From positions 15,376,001 through 15,440,000 of the forward strand of contig CM022667.1 in NCBI GenBank assembly GCA_012295275.1: DNA of 64,000 bases, written 5' to 3'. Positions 47,460 to 64,000 of the stretch are shown piece after piece. Made by a program: the position numbers and the translations under genes. Position 1 is the stretch's first letter; the number at the start of each line of letters is the position of its first letter. This DNA is from Chrysomallon squamiferum (taxonomy: Eukaryota > Animalia > Mollusca). The notes under the pieces are model-generated. The model did no database searches and was not told the origin of the DNA. It saw nothing but the letters and a program-made list of their open reading frames with translations.

Positions 47460-50400
47460 ATCAGCTGTGTTTGTTGTTATTGTTGTGTTTCACCCACAGC
47501 ATGGCTCTGATGATGGCGTCCAGTTCGGCCGTGTATACCGAAAGGTGATTTCTGATACGGCCGAATTGTATGCATGTGGGTTTGTTTGTGTGATCTTGGA
47601 CTATGAAGGCGAATCCTACCCTCCCGTTGTCTGGGTTTTTGGATCCGTCTGTGTAGATGTGCGTGTGTTGTTTAGTGGTCGTTTGCTGTTGCTAGAAATA
47701 TAGCTTTTTTGAAGGGTTGGAACTCTGTTTTGCCTGTTTCTGTTTTGATCAGGAAAGGTGTGTTTATTGCTGGTTTTGTTTCTTTGTGGTATGCCGGCAG
47801 TGGCATTTCCCCAATTCCTGTTTCCCTTTCGATTTCGCTGGCTGTTGTCAGGAAATTCGATAGTAGTAGACTATGCGATTTAAAGGGTTGCCCTATTCGT
47901 TGTTGCTCGGGGACCAGATCCTTGATGGGGTGGTCTGTGTTGAGGGCGTGTATTTTTAGGTTGTATTTCAATAGCTGCAGCATTTTTCTGTATTTCAGTG
48001 GTTGGATGCTGTATTCTGACAGGAGGCTGTCGGATGATGTTGTGTTTGGCAGGTGGCCGATCACTCTGAGGGCGCTGGATTGAATTATGTCTATTATTTT
48101 TACAGAGTGTTCGGGAGCATTCGAGTAAGCCGTGGCTCCGTAGTCGAGCTTGGAGAGAATACACGCTTTGTGTATCAAAATTAGCGTTGACTTGTTTGCT
48201 CCCCAACTGGTTCCGGAAATTAGCTTTAGAAGATTGAGTGTTTTTTTGCAGGATGCAATTATGTTGTGTTTAGGGCATCGGAAGCTGAGTTGACTGTCGA
48301 ATGTCACACCTAGAAATTTGAATGTTTTGTTTTGTATTATGATGCTGTTGTTGATGTTTAGTGTGACTGTGTTGTTGTCTGTTTTTTGTTGAAAAGGAGG
48401 CATGTCGTTTTCGAAAGAGAAATCTTTATGCCCCATTTCAACATCCAGTCGTTTATGTTGTTTAAAGTCTTTTTGTATTTGTTTCTGTATTGCTGCGGTC
48501 GATCTGCCTGCACACCAAAAGGCGCAGTCGTCTGCAAAGAGTGCTGTTTATTGGTTCGCTTGGTGGATTTTTGGCGTTGTCTTGTTTGTCGAGTGCTGTG
48601 ACGATGTCGTTGATGTAGATGTTGGCGAGATCACGGATCCTTGTGGGATGCCGTTTTCGATTGTCGTTTTCTTTGAGGTGTGACCGTTTACTTGGACTGC
48701 TATGGTTCTGTTGTTAATGAAGTCTTTGATGAAGTTGAACATGTTGCCTTTGATGTTGTTGTTGATTAATTTGACGAGCAGTCCTTCCCTCCATACCATG
48801 TCGAATGCTTTTTCAATGTCTAGGAATACTGCGATGACTTTTTTTCATTTTCTAACAGATTGGTTGATGGATGTTTGCAGGCAGGTCATCTGGTCGTTTG
48901 TGCTGTGTTTCTTACTGAAGCCGCTTTGATATTTACTGATTAAATTGTTGTCGTTTAGATGCTGGTTCAGGCGAGTGTTGATCATCGTTTCCAGTGTTTT
49001 GCACATGTGTGACGTCAGCGTGATCGGCCTGTAGCTGTTGGGTAATGAGTGATCTTTGTGTGGTTTAGGCAAGCTGAAACATTCGGCGTGTTTCCAGTTT
49101 GTTGGAATCTTGCCGGTGGACCATATTGTGTTGTAGAGATCGTGTACGATGAGTAGTGTTTCATCTGATAGGTGTTGTAATATTGTGTAGCTTATTTTAT
49201 CTGGCCCTGTGGCTGTACTTAATTTGTTTTTGAGTGCATGTTTTAATTCGCTGATGTTGAAGATTTGATTATATTTCCTGTTTTCTGTGTCTGCGGAAAG
49301 TTCGCCGATTGTTAGGTTGTCCAGTGGTTTCTTTGCGAATTTCAGTGGGAAGTTCGAGTTGCTGCTGGACTTGGCGAAGGTTTAGCTGAGTAGGTCCAGA
49401 GAGTGGAGATTTTGCTGGTGCATTTTCTGGTTTTGGGTATGTATCTGATTGCAATGGAGTGTATCGTGTTGGTGAGTGATGGGCAGTAGGCGTCGATGTC
49501 GTTGGAGTTCTGCGTGTTGATGTTTCTGCTTGCTTTGTAGAAGCCTTCCCAGTCCGCTTTGTTGAAGTTCCATTTGGGTGTGAAAATGGATCTGTCCAAG
49601 AAGGTGTTCTTGCTGTTGTAGTTGGTGAGTATCGGGTGATGGTCGCTGTTTAGTTGATTGAACACTTGCCATTCTGAGAGCGGTGCTATGTCCTTACTTG
49701 TGAATGTTAGATCAATGGTTGATTGGCCACCAGTGATGTCGCTAGTGTATGTGAATGTTCCGTCGTTCAGACAGACCAGCTGGTTTTGCTCTAGGAAATT
49801 TTCGAGGACGATTCCAGGGCTGTCGTCTGTCGAGCCACCACATAGGGTGTTGTGACAGTTGAAATCGCCCACTATAATGAGCTTGTTATTTGTTGTCATC
49901 ATTTTGTTTAAGTCGTGGGTTTGGATGTGTGTAGTGCGGGAGAGGGTGGGCTGTATATGTTAATTATGTCGACGTTTTGATTGTTGTTGTCTGTTGTGAT
50001 GCTTAATATTTCTTTGTTGGCGTGGACTTTTCCTGGGTTCAGCTTAGTGTGGAATGTCTTGTTTGACGAGTGTCATGATGCCTCCCCGGGTTCTGTTGAA
50101 TCTGTTAACGTAGTGACTTTGATACCCGGGGACCTTATAGGTTTTTGTTGTTTTGTTGTTTTTGTTGTAATGTCCTAACCATGTTTTTTGCATGCATATT
50201 ACGTCTGGTGTGTTTTGAGTGGAGGCCAGGAAGTGTACGAGTTCGTCTCCGTGGCCTGCTGAGTGGAGGTCTTTAGCGTTCCACTGAAGAATGGGGAGGC
50301 CTGTGTTTTTGGTGTGCTTGTCGTAAAGAGTGTGTAAATGGTTGTTACTCTTTGTTTTCTTTTCTTTTCTTTTGTTCTGTTTTGTTATGTTATACAATTT
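47460..50400 (-). mobile_element. Decayed non-LTR retrotransposon (LINE) ORF2: AP endonuclease, reverse transcriptase, RNase H; I-group-like
   Basis: Motifs in order on the minus strand: ILQWNA, PDVICMQKTW, IIVGDFNCH, TIDLTF, SDHHPI (endonuclease); PKPHKD..NSYRPITLTS, YQSGF, GIPQGSVISP, LFADDCAFW, KFLGVTFD (RT); IYTDGSK at about 47640-47660 and SVYTAELDAI at about 47510-47545 (RNase H). Many frameshifts and stops, and higher GC than the flanks. Confidence 0.92.
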
Positions 50401-51678
50401 TCGGTTTTGTTTCTATACTGTGTTTATGTATTAACGAAGGCTGGTGTCTTAAAATATTTGTTTTACCTTTTCAAATTTATGAAATGTGTTTAAGCTATTA
50501 GATCATAAATTTGTTATTCACTTTCAGCTTTATTTTTATGTGAATGATATGTTAGCTTTATTGTTAATAGTAGTACTTGCAGTAGTTTAAATGAAGAAAA
50601 CGATATTACCTATTGTAGACATGTGACAAAAAGTATTAAAGTCTCAAATTAAAATGATTCGGTCAGTTGACCTAACGTAATGGATTGTTTAGGATCGATC
50701 ACGCTAAATCAGACGAACTGACTACTGTTTCGTCAGCGGAAGATGTTGACAGTATTTTGCGCATGTAAAGTTAGATTTCTGATCTACATCTCAGACTAGG
50801 CCAGGAAGAGGTATATACTCACCTTTTTGAGTCTGGATGACATTTTGAAGGTATTGTTCATCAGAAAATTTAAATTAGTTCTACATCAGAAAAAGGAAAA
50901 AAGTAAAAAGCGAAGCAGTGGAGACATTATAATACTAAGTCCCATAAAGATTTCTTATTCGACAATTTGTAAAATAAAAAAAAATAAAAAACGGAAGAAC
51001 TACAACAACGTTGTTTTCGGAAGTTGAGCACGTCAGCTGGACACAAGCACTATATAGGACATTTTGATGCAGGGTACATTTTCCAGTGCTGCGATTTAAA
51101 TATTTTAAATGTATGGATTTCATTTGTTTTTGTGATAACTCCGATTCTATGTTATTATTAAATTATAATAATGATAGCATTGTAAATAATAATGTTTCTG
51201 TTGTGTATCTTATTTCTAATAACTTTACGTTTAATACTTATTGGATGTTGGAAATGTTTGACAAGAAAATTAAATTTAATATATGACAATATCTACTACC
51301 ATCATCACCATCACAATTACTACTACTGCTAGCATAATATCAACATCTGTTATTACTTCTGCTATTGCCGCTGTTCACGTTATTATTGCTACGACTACTG
51401 GTACTGTTATTAGAGCTATTGTTACTATGTTTTCTATTATATGTAGTGTCGTAATAAATATTTACAAATAGCTGATATCTGTTTTGAATTGTGACATATG
51501 CTTTATTTATTTATTTATTCATTCATTCGTTCATTCATTTAAATAATCTTTTCACTTATGACAGAGTTCCAATTGTGAAAATATATTGTTGGAAGATTTG
51601 TACAATTACAAAGCAAAATGCGTATCAAGTTCAACACTCAATTTCACCAGCAATGTGGCAGTTGACTACAAAATGCTA

Positions 51679-51878
51679 NNNNNNNNNNNNNNNNNNNNNN
51701 NNNNNNNNNNNNNNNNNNNNNNNNNNNNNNNNNNNNNNNNNNNNNNNNNNNNNNNNNNNNNNNNNNNNNNNNNNNNNNNNNNNNNNNNNNNNNNNNNNNN
51801 NNNNNNNNNNNNNNNNNNNNNNNNNNNNNNNNNNNNNNNNNNNNNNNNNNNNNNNNNNNNNNNNNNNNNNNNNNNNNN
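51679..51878. other. Assembly gap (200 N)
   Basis: Run of N. The round number suggests a scaffolding gap of unknown true size. Confidence 0.99.
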
Positions 51879-54071
51879 TTCAAAAATATTTTAATTGTTC
51901 TTAATTTAAAACTGTTTTCCTGTAATACTTCCTGAATTCTATTGGAATTAGGTTATTAAAGGAAAATTACTTAAAATTTTACTTCATATATATATTATAT
52001 TGGTGTTTTCTATAAGTAAACCATATAAAAATAATCTGAAGGTTATTACTTGGAGAGATAGATCTTCCCATTTCACATTTGTTGTTCCTAACAGAGGAAT
52101 AACTTGGTCTCAGAGCCTTTCTAAACTGAAGAAAAGCGCCTGAAATTCATTTGATCCTAATCCAAGTAGAATATTTTATATATTCAGTAACACTAAATCA
52201 CAGGTGGTTGTCAGTAAATATAAGGGATTCAAAGACAGCTAGTGACCAGGAATAAATCTAAGCTCAATGATTCAGCAAAAATTTCTCCATCGGGTCCCTT
52301 CATTAGAAAATGAAAAAACTGGAAATTGTGTTTCAGTTTGTTCATTTTTCAACACTGACAAATATCGCCATAGCTAATACATAAGCAACTTTGAACATTG
52401 TTCACATCTAGAGAATTGCTTTTTGTTCTTCCGAAACATCGTAGAAAATAACTAATATTTCTCGGTGGTCATAATCTAGTTCTAACTTTAAAATTATTAT
52501 TATTATTATTGTTGTTGTTGTTGTTGTTGTTGCTTCTTTTTTTATCATCATCATAATCATTAATATTACTATCTCTGCTGCTATTATTACTGCTACAACT
52601 ACTATATTAATTATTTTCATTGTTGTTGTTATTATGCACTTACATATTAATTATTATGTATTTATTTTAATTTACTTCTACATTATATATTACATAAATA
52701 AGGAAAGGAGTCTACTGACTGTAAGATATAGATTTGAACCAGCGGTCTCTCAGACGTTTTTCAACAACAGCAGGAACAACAAATATATATAAATATATAC
52801 AATAAAAAAATAAAAAAATAAAAAATAAAAAAATTAAAATTAAAATTAAATACAAATACAATATTTAAGAAAAAAGAAATAAAGTCAGAAATCATTTCCC
52901 AAAATTATTAAATAACACTTTTGTATAAAACAATAGAGAAACAATTACGGTAATACGAACAATTCTTTAACCTTTTTTTAGTTTTTCGTTCATCTTATTC
53001 AAACGTTACTTCTGCATTGTCGCAAGGAATTTTGTTTTACTCTTTATCTGAGGACTTTGCTTATTGTTTTCCATACGAGATCTGAATTGCGTAAACGTTT
53101 TAAACTGCTCCTATTTTTGCACATTGGTGTGATACAGATAAGGTCATTTCTGCCATTATTAAATACTTTGTAAGAAAAGGTTCAGCAAGCTTTTGTTTTA
53201 TTATTATCGTCTGAGTTCAAAATCAGTACTGTTCTTTTAAAAACAAAACAGTTCAAAATATATGTAAAGAATTAGCGAAGTCAGTTCTTTTCATCGCTTT
53301 ATTGTTTTTCATATAGACATTCCCAGTAAAATCTCGTTTAAAAATAATTATCACAAAGGAAAGGATTTAAAATTTAATTTATTGTTTTATTTATATTTTT
53401 TTGTTTTGATTTGGGACAACATTTTTACAAAGAGTTCATCTAGGAAAATGAAATTTTTAACATATTTGTTGTATCTGACAATAACACAAAGCGATGTAAA
53501 GGAGTTTTAACGATATTCAGTCAAAAAACAAAAGAGAAAGAAAATCAGCACTAACTTTTATTTTGGTTTACAATCAATTTTCACTGGAGACATTTCTGTA
53601 GAAATGTTTTGACAACAAAACATCAATGAACTGGTAGAAACATATTTCAGCTGGGAAAAACAAAAGAAACAACAACAACAAACACAATAACTATTGCAGC
53701 AAAGAGCTTTATTAAACAGCAAATCTATTCAAATCCGCTGCAAGTTTAAAATTTATTGTAGCAGCTACACAATAATTTAGTATTTCGTCATTTTATTCAC
53801 CTGTAATGTTTCAATAATGAACAATGAAAAAAATCAAAAAGAAATTCGTCAACGTTTTACTTGGACTGTCAGCTGTCAGTTCACCTATCAGCATCGTTTG
53901 TTTCGAGACAGATTATCTAGTGATCGGAAGATATTTAGCTGATAACTACAATTCTATTACCACATTTTGAAGTAACTACACGCTGTTATTCTAAAAGAAA
54001 TTCTATTTTGTAACAGGTAAAAAGAACAGAAAGATCTGAAACATATTTATTGAGATACATACTCAGTGACG

Positions 54072-56397
<2,326 letters not shown>

Positions 56398-56771
56398 CAT
56401 AAATTAGAAGGAATATAACTTGGTTTCAGTTAGAGATGTTTTTTTCTCTATAGCTATTATGCGTAAACTATGCTAGAACAAAATGCTATGATCTAGCAAA
56501 TGTTTAGTTGTTAGTTTATTTGTATCACACATAGGGACTTACGTACGAAGACGACAGAAGGCAGGTTTGTCCGAAGACTCGCACTACAAAAATCGTTCTT
56601 TACTTTTATGAATATATGTGTGCGTGTGCATGTGCGTGCGTCTGTATAATTATGTATGTAAATGTGTGTGTATGTATGTATGTGTGTGTTTGTGTTTGTG
56701 TGTATGTGTGTGTATGCGTGTTAGTGTTTATATTATATATATCCAGATATATATCAGACAGATAAGATAGA

Positions 56772-56891
<120 letters not shown>

Positions 56892-57062
56892 GTAAAACAA
56901 ACAACAATATTAACAGTTATATAAGAGAGACGAAAGCTAAGAATAAATACATTTTATTTTCAATAAACAGAAAGTTTAGAAAAGATTTCATTTTCTTGCT
57001 CGATTTGTATCATTATTACAAGTTGTTTCTTTTGATGTGATCTTTATCCTCAATTTCCTTCT

Positions 57063-58720
57063 TCAAGTAGATGTCGCAGTATCAGCTGTTTCAGTTTCTA
57101 TAAATAAATAAATAAATAATTAAATGCAAACAATAAATAAATAAAAAAAGAAATAATGAATAAACAAAAAATAGTTTGATAAACACAGAAATTTGTGTCG
57201 CTCAAAAAAAAAATACACTATCATCATTATCATCGTTGTCGAAGTTAACTATTTAAAATACAGTAGCACAACAGTTATATTACATTTTACTAGAAAGAAA
57301 GCATTACAAACGTTACAGAATTACTAATTAAGAGATAAAGTACTATTATTTCAATTGAAATAGCTATTCCGTCACGTCATCTGTTTTTATGTTTCTGACA
57401 CAAAAAAATATAATTAATGATAATAGTGACAAAATATACCTTTGCTTAATTCTGCTTCTGTTTCTGTCTCTTTCTTTTGTTCCTCGTCAAGTTCAGTGTT
57501 CAATTCATTTTCCGCTTTTTTCTCTTCGCTGGATTCTTGTTTATCTTCAGCAGCCAGTTCAGACTCCATATCTTTCTCTTCCTTCTCTTCTTTCTTAGAT
57601 TCCTTTTCCAACTCCTTCGTTATCTCATCTTCTGCCTTTTTCTCTTCCTCTGCCATTTTCTCTTTGATATCTTTTTCCATTTTGTCGATGACGTCAGCGG
57701 CTTTGTTCAAAGAATCAGCTTCGGCAGTTTGTTTGTCTTTGAGGAGGAGATCTGCGATTTCTCTGAGCAGACCTGACACATCACCTAATCCCATACTAGA
57801 TTGTCCATCACCACCTCCTAATCCCGAGCTAGATTGTCCATCACCTCCTCCTAATCCCATACCTGATAGTCCATCACCTCCTCCTAATCCCAAACCTGAC
57901 AGACCATCACCTCCTCCCAATCCCATACCTGATAGTCCATCACCTCCTCCTAATCCCATACCTGATAGTCCGTCGCCACCTCCTAATCCCATACCTGATA
58001 GTCCATCACCTCCTCCTAATCCCATACCTGATAGTCCATCACCTCCTCCTAATCCCAATCCCATACCAGAGAGTTCATCACCTCCTCCTAATCCCAATCC
58101 CATACCAGAGAGTTCATCACCTCCTCCTAATCCCAAACCAGAGAGTCCATCATCTCCCAGTCCAATAGAGGCATCATCCAGATCTTTATCACTAGTGAGT
58201 AGCGCTAGAAGATCACCAATTTGGTCCGAGTCTATGCTTTTTTTACCATCTAAACGGAAAGAGAGAAATAAAAAATAGGGGTATAAAAAGAAAAAAAAAG
58301 TGTAAAAATAAAGATTTATTCAAATATGAAGCAAACAAAAAAAGTCTGAATTGGGCAATATTCGGAGATAGCATTAGCTTTTTAAGTATTGTTAACATTT
58401 TCATTATTATACCGACCGAAGAATTATCGTTTAACATGGGTTGTTTTAAAAAACTATGACTCTGTTTTTTGTTTGAACGCGTGCAGTCTGTTTTAGAAAT
58501 ACTGATTATTTTTAGATTATAGTAAGCATAATATGATAAAAATATTTGAATTTGTTTAGAAAAATAATTGGCATTATAAATCTTTCTAATAAGTAATTGC
58601 TATATTTTCCATGCTTCTTGAATGTATGTCTGTTAAATACTTACCATCGCACTCAATAGTGATTCTGTAACTTAGAGTCGTCGCAACCAGAACACTCAAA
58701 ATTAGGATAAAAGAATTCAT
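57063..58720 (-). CDS. B3: family B paralog, about 306 aa; coding exons 58720-58645, 58249-57440, 57097-57063
   Basis: Signal peptide MNSFILILSVLVATTLS. Phase-1 introns join in frame. About 11 Gly-rich units, and an E/K tail nearly identical to B2. The last exon encodes ETETADTATST* and is followed by AATAAA (TTTATT near 56953). Confidence 0.88.
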
Positions 58721-59200
58721 CTGAAATAATAATAATAATAATAATAGTAATAATAATAATAATATAATAATAGTAGTAATAATAAGTTGTAGTAGTAATA
58801 GTGGCTGTCATGGTAGTAGTTCTAGGTGTAGCATTATACTACTACTACTACTAATAATAATAATAGTAGTAGTAGTAGATGTGCAAGCAATAATAGTAGT
58901 AACAGTAGTAATAGTAGTGGTAGTAGTCATAGTAGTAGTAATAGTTGTAGTAGTAGTAACAACCTGTATCTTTACAGTCATTTAAGCCAAAGTAATATTT
59001 AAAGCATCATCAACAATAACGACAATAAATACTATCATTATACTAAAAATAACGGCACCCATTAATGTGCTAAATATTTCCTATTGTCTTTCCGAGAACA
59101 TGTTTTACACATTCCGTACTTTACCTGCTATTACTGAAAGCCTATGCATCTATTCATTTTTACTAATAAAATACATTGAAACATTCAGAACGTTACTCAC

Positions 59201-59300
59201 CTTATCTGGTCAAAGCTGTAAAAAAGGATTGATACATTTTGGCTGTCTATCGCGATCTTATATACTTTAAAACCAGATGTGACCAACGTTCAGACGTCAT
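59201..59300 (-). promoter_or_regulatory. Core promoter and non-coding first exon of B3
   Basis: TTATATA at 59258-59264 (TATATAA on the minus strand), GACGTCA at about 59293-59299, and donor ACTCAC|CTT at 59200. Near-identical to the B2 promoter. Confidence 0.65.
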
Positions 59301-59925
59301 CATTTAATTACCAACTTCTGTCGTACTTATTATAATGACAATGACCAAACAATACAAACATCTTTTACATACATCATTAGGTTAATGTAGATTATAATTA
59401 AATTACAATGAACAAATAATAGCGAAACGCCTCTCTCTTTTGTTAAGTAAACACAGCTATAGAATGTTTTGACAACAAAGATACAGATGGCCGAATCTCT
59501 ATTGGTATCATGTTTTGTTGTATCATCTGATTAACTGAGTGATCATTGTTAACAAAAAACTAAAGTGGTAATTGACTGTGACGACACGTGTTTCATTTTT
59601 CTCGTTAAATTGTGATGGATTTTAAAAATGTATATACAAGTATGTATTTTTAATTTGTGCTGATTGTACAATAGACGGTTGCCGTTTGTTATGTTACGTA
59701 GTGATGTAGACATTTTTTTATCATTATGGTAATAAAGACAAAAAATAAATTTTCCCACTTAGTTGTTATTTGTTATATAATGTTGATGGTTTATTGTTAC
59801 GACGATAATAATCTAATAATATTACTACTACCGACCCTATTACTATACTACTACTACTGCTGTTACTATTACAACTACTGCTACTGCTGCGACTACTGCT
59901 GCCACTTCTACTACTACTACTACTG

Positions 59926-59992
<67 letters not shown>

Positions 59993-61630
59993 ACGTAATA
60001 AACATAACGGGTCCAACAATAGCTAGTGAAGAGGAAGAAATGAAAGCCCAGTTTAGCAAAAATTTCTCCAACGGGTCATCTTCATTAGAAATATTTCAGT
60101 CAGTTTGTTCATTTTTTTCAAATATGATTGTACCCATTGCTTTCTGTTCTTTAGGAACTATGTAGAAGTAATTAATATTTTTTAATGGTAATAATATAGT
60201 TCTGCCATTATTATTTATTTTGTTATTGTTTTTGTTGCTGTTATTGTTGCTGCTTTATTATCATCATCATAATCATTATTATTACTATTACTGCTACTGT
60301 TATTACTTCTATAACTACTGTAATAATTATTATTCTCATTCTTATTGTTGTTCCTGTTGTTATTATATACATTAATTTTCTTCTACATTACGCATTACAT
60401 AAGTAAGTAAAGGAATCTACTGATTGTACTATGTAGACTTGATCCAGCTGTCTGTCAGAGACTTCTTAAAAACAGCAACAAAAAACTAAAAATAACAACA
60501 ACAATAAATATATATATGTGTGTGTGTGTCCCCCCCAAAAAAAAATCAGAAATATTTCTAAACACTTAAATAACACTTTTGTATAAAACAATAGAGAAAA
60601 AGATTACGATAATACAAGCAATTTTCTAATCTTTTATTACAGTTTTACCTTACATCTTATTCAAACTTTAGTTCTACCTTGTCGCAAGGAGCCCTGTTTT
60701 ACTCTTTATGTGAAGACTTTGCTTATTGTTCTCCACATGAGTTCTGAATCGAGTAAACTTTTTGAACTGCTGCTACTTTTACACCATCGTGTGATACAGA
60801 CGGGGCCATTTCAGCCATTATTAAATACTTAGTACGAAGAGATTAAGAAAGCTTCTGTTTTATTATTCTCGTCTGAGTTCAAAATCAGTACTCTTCAGTT
60901 TGTCTTGGAGAATTACACTTTTAACATATTTTTTTTATATCTGACAATAACACAAATCGATGTAAACGAGTAATAACGATACCCAGTCAAAAAAAAAAAA
61001 AAAAAAGTGTAAGAAAATCAGCACTAACATTTAGTTTGGTTTACAATCAATTTTCACTGGAGACATTTCTGTAGAAATGTTTTGACAATAACACATCAAT
61101 AAACTGGTAGAAACATATCTGAATTGAGACAAAAAAACAAAACAAAAAAAACCCCCACAACTATTTAAAGTAAATTTGTACTAACAACACACAGTTATAA
61201 TTGAAAATTCAAAGGCAATCGATACCTTTTTTATGGTACACAATTAATTTCCTTTGCAGCAGGGGGCTGAATAAAACATCAAACGTATTCATATCCGCTG
61301 CTAACTTAGAATTTATTGTAGCATCCAGACAATAATTTAGTATTTCTTCATTTCATTCACCTCGAATGTTTTCATAATGAACAATAAAAAAATTAAACAA
61401 AACTGCCTGTACTTTTTGCTTGGACTGTTAACTATCCATACACACATCACGATTGTTTATTTCGAGACAAATTGTTTAGTGATCGGAAGATATTTAGCTG
61501 ATAACTACAATTCTATGACCACAGTTTGAAGAAACTATAATCTGTTATTCTAAACGAAATTCTATTTTGTAACAGGTAAAAACAACAGAAAGATCTGAAA
61601 CATATTTATTGAGATACATACTCAGTGACG

Positions 61631-63940
<2,310 letters not shown>

Positions 63941-64000
63941 TATAAATTAGAATGAATGGTTTTATTTAAAGAATTTTTCTCTATGATTTTTTCTCTATAC

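Noticed and set aside
51491-51904. ORFs containing long X runs
   Set aside because: Artefacts of translating the N gap.

Overview
AT-rich, microsatellite-dense eukaryotic genomic DNA with spliceosomal GT-AG introns. It looks invertebrate and possibly molluscan (cephalopod-like), but that assignment is inference. The window is a birth-and-death cluster of two interleaved families of secreted proteins that I cannot assign to named genes. Family A has 3 coding exons and about 600 aa: signal peptide + PAN/Apple-like Cys-rich domain (exon 1), a 4-Cys EGF-like module (always a 94-nt exon 2), and a large exon 3 made of four diverged ~115-130 aa repeats, each ending in W-[FYC]-[VIT]-[DKQ]. It has 4 intact copies (A1, A2, A8, A10), 2 copies broken only by a single-base indel (A6, A9) and 5 pseudogene relics (A0, A3, A4, A5, A7). 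The copies are patchwork mosaics of each other, which suggests gene conversion, and the last repeat is almost homogenised. Family B is a secreted block-type protein: signal peptide, short helix, ([11 protein letters not shown])n, second helix, E/K-rich tail. It has two copies with different repeat numbers (B2, B3) and one degenerate relative (B1). The window also holds large inverted and direct segmental duplications, a decayed LINE with endonuclease, RT and RNase H motifs, and a 200-N assembly gap. Most short ORFs in the track are microsatellite or antisense artefacts.
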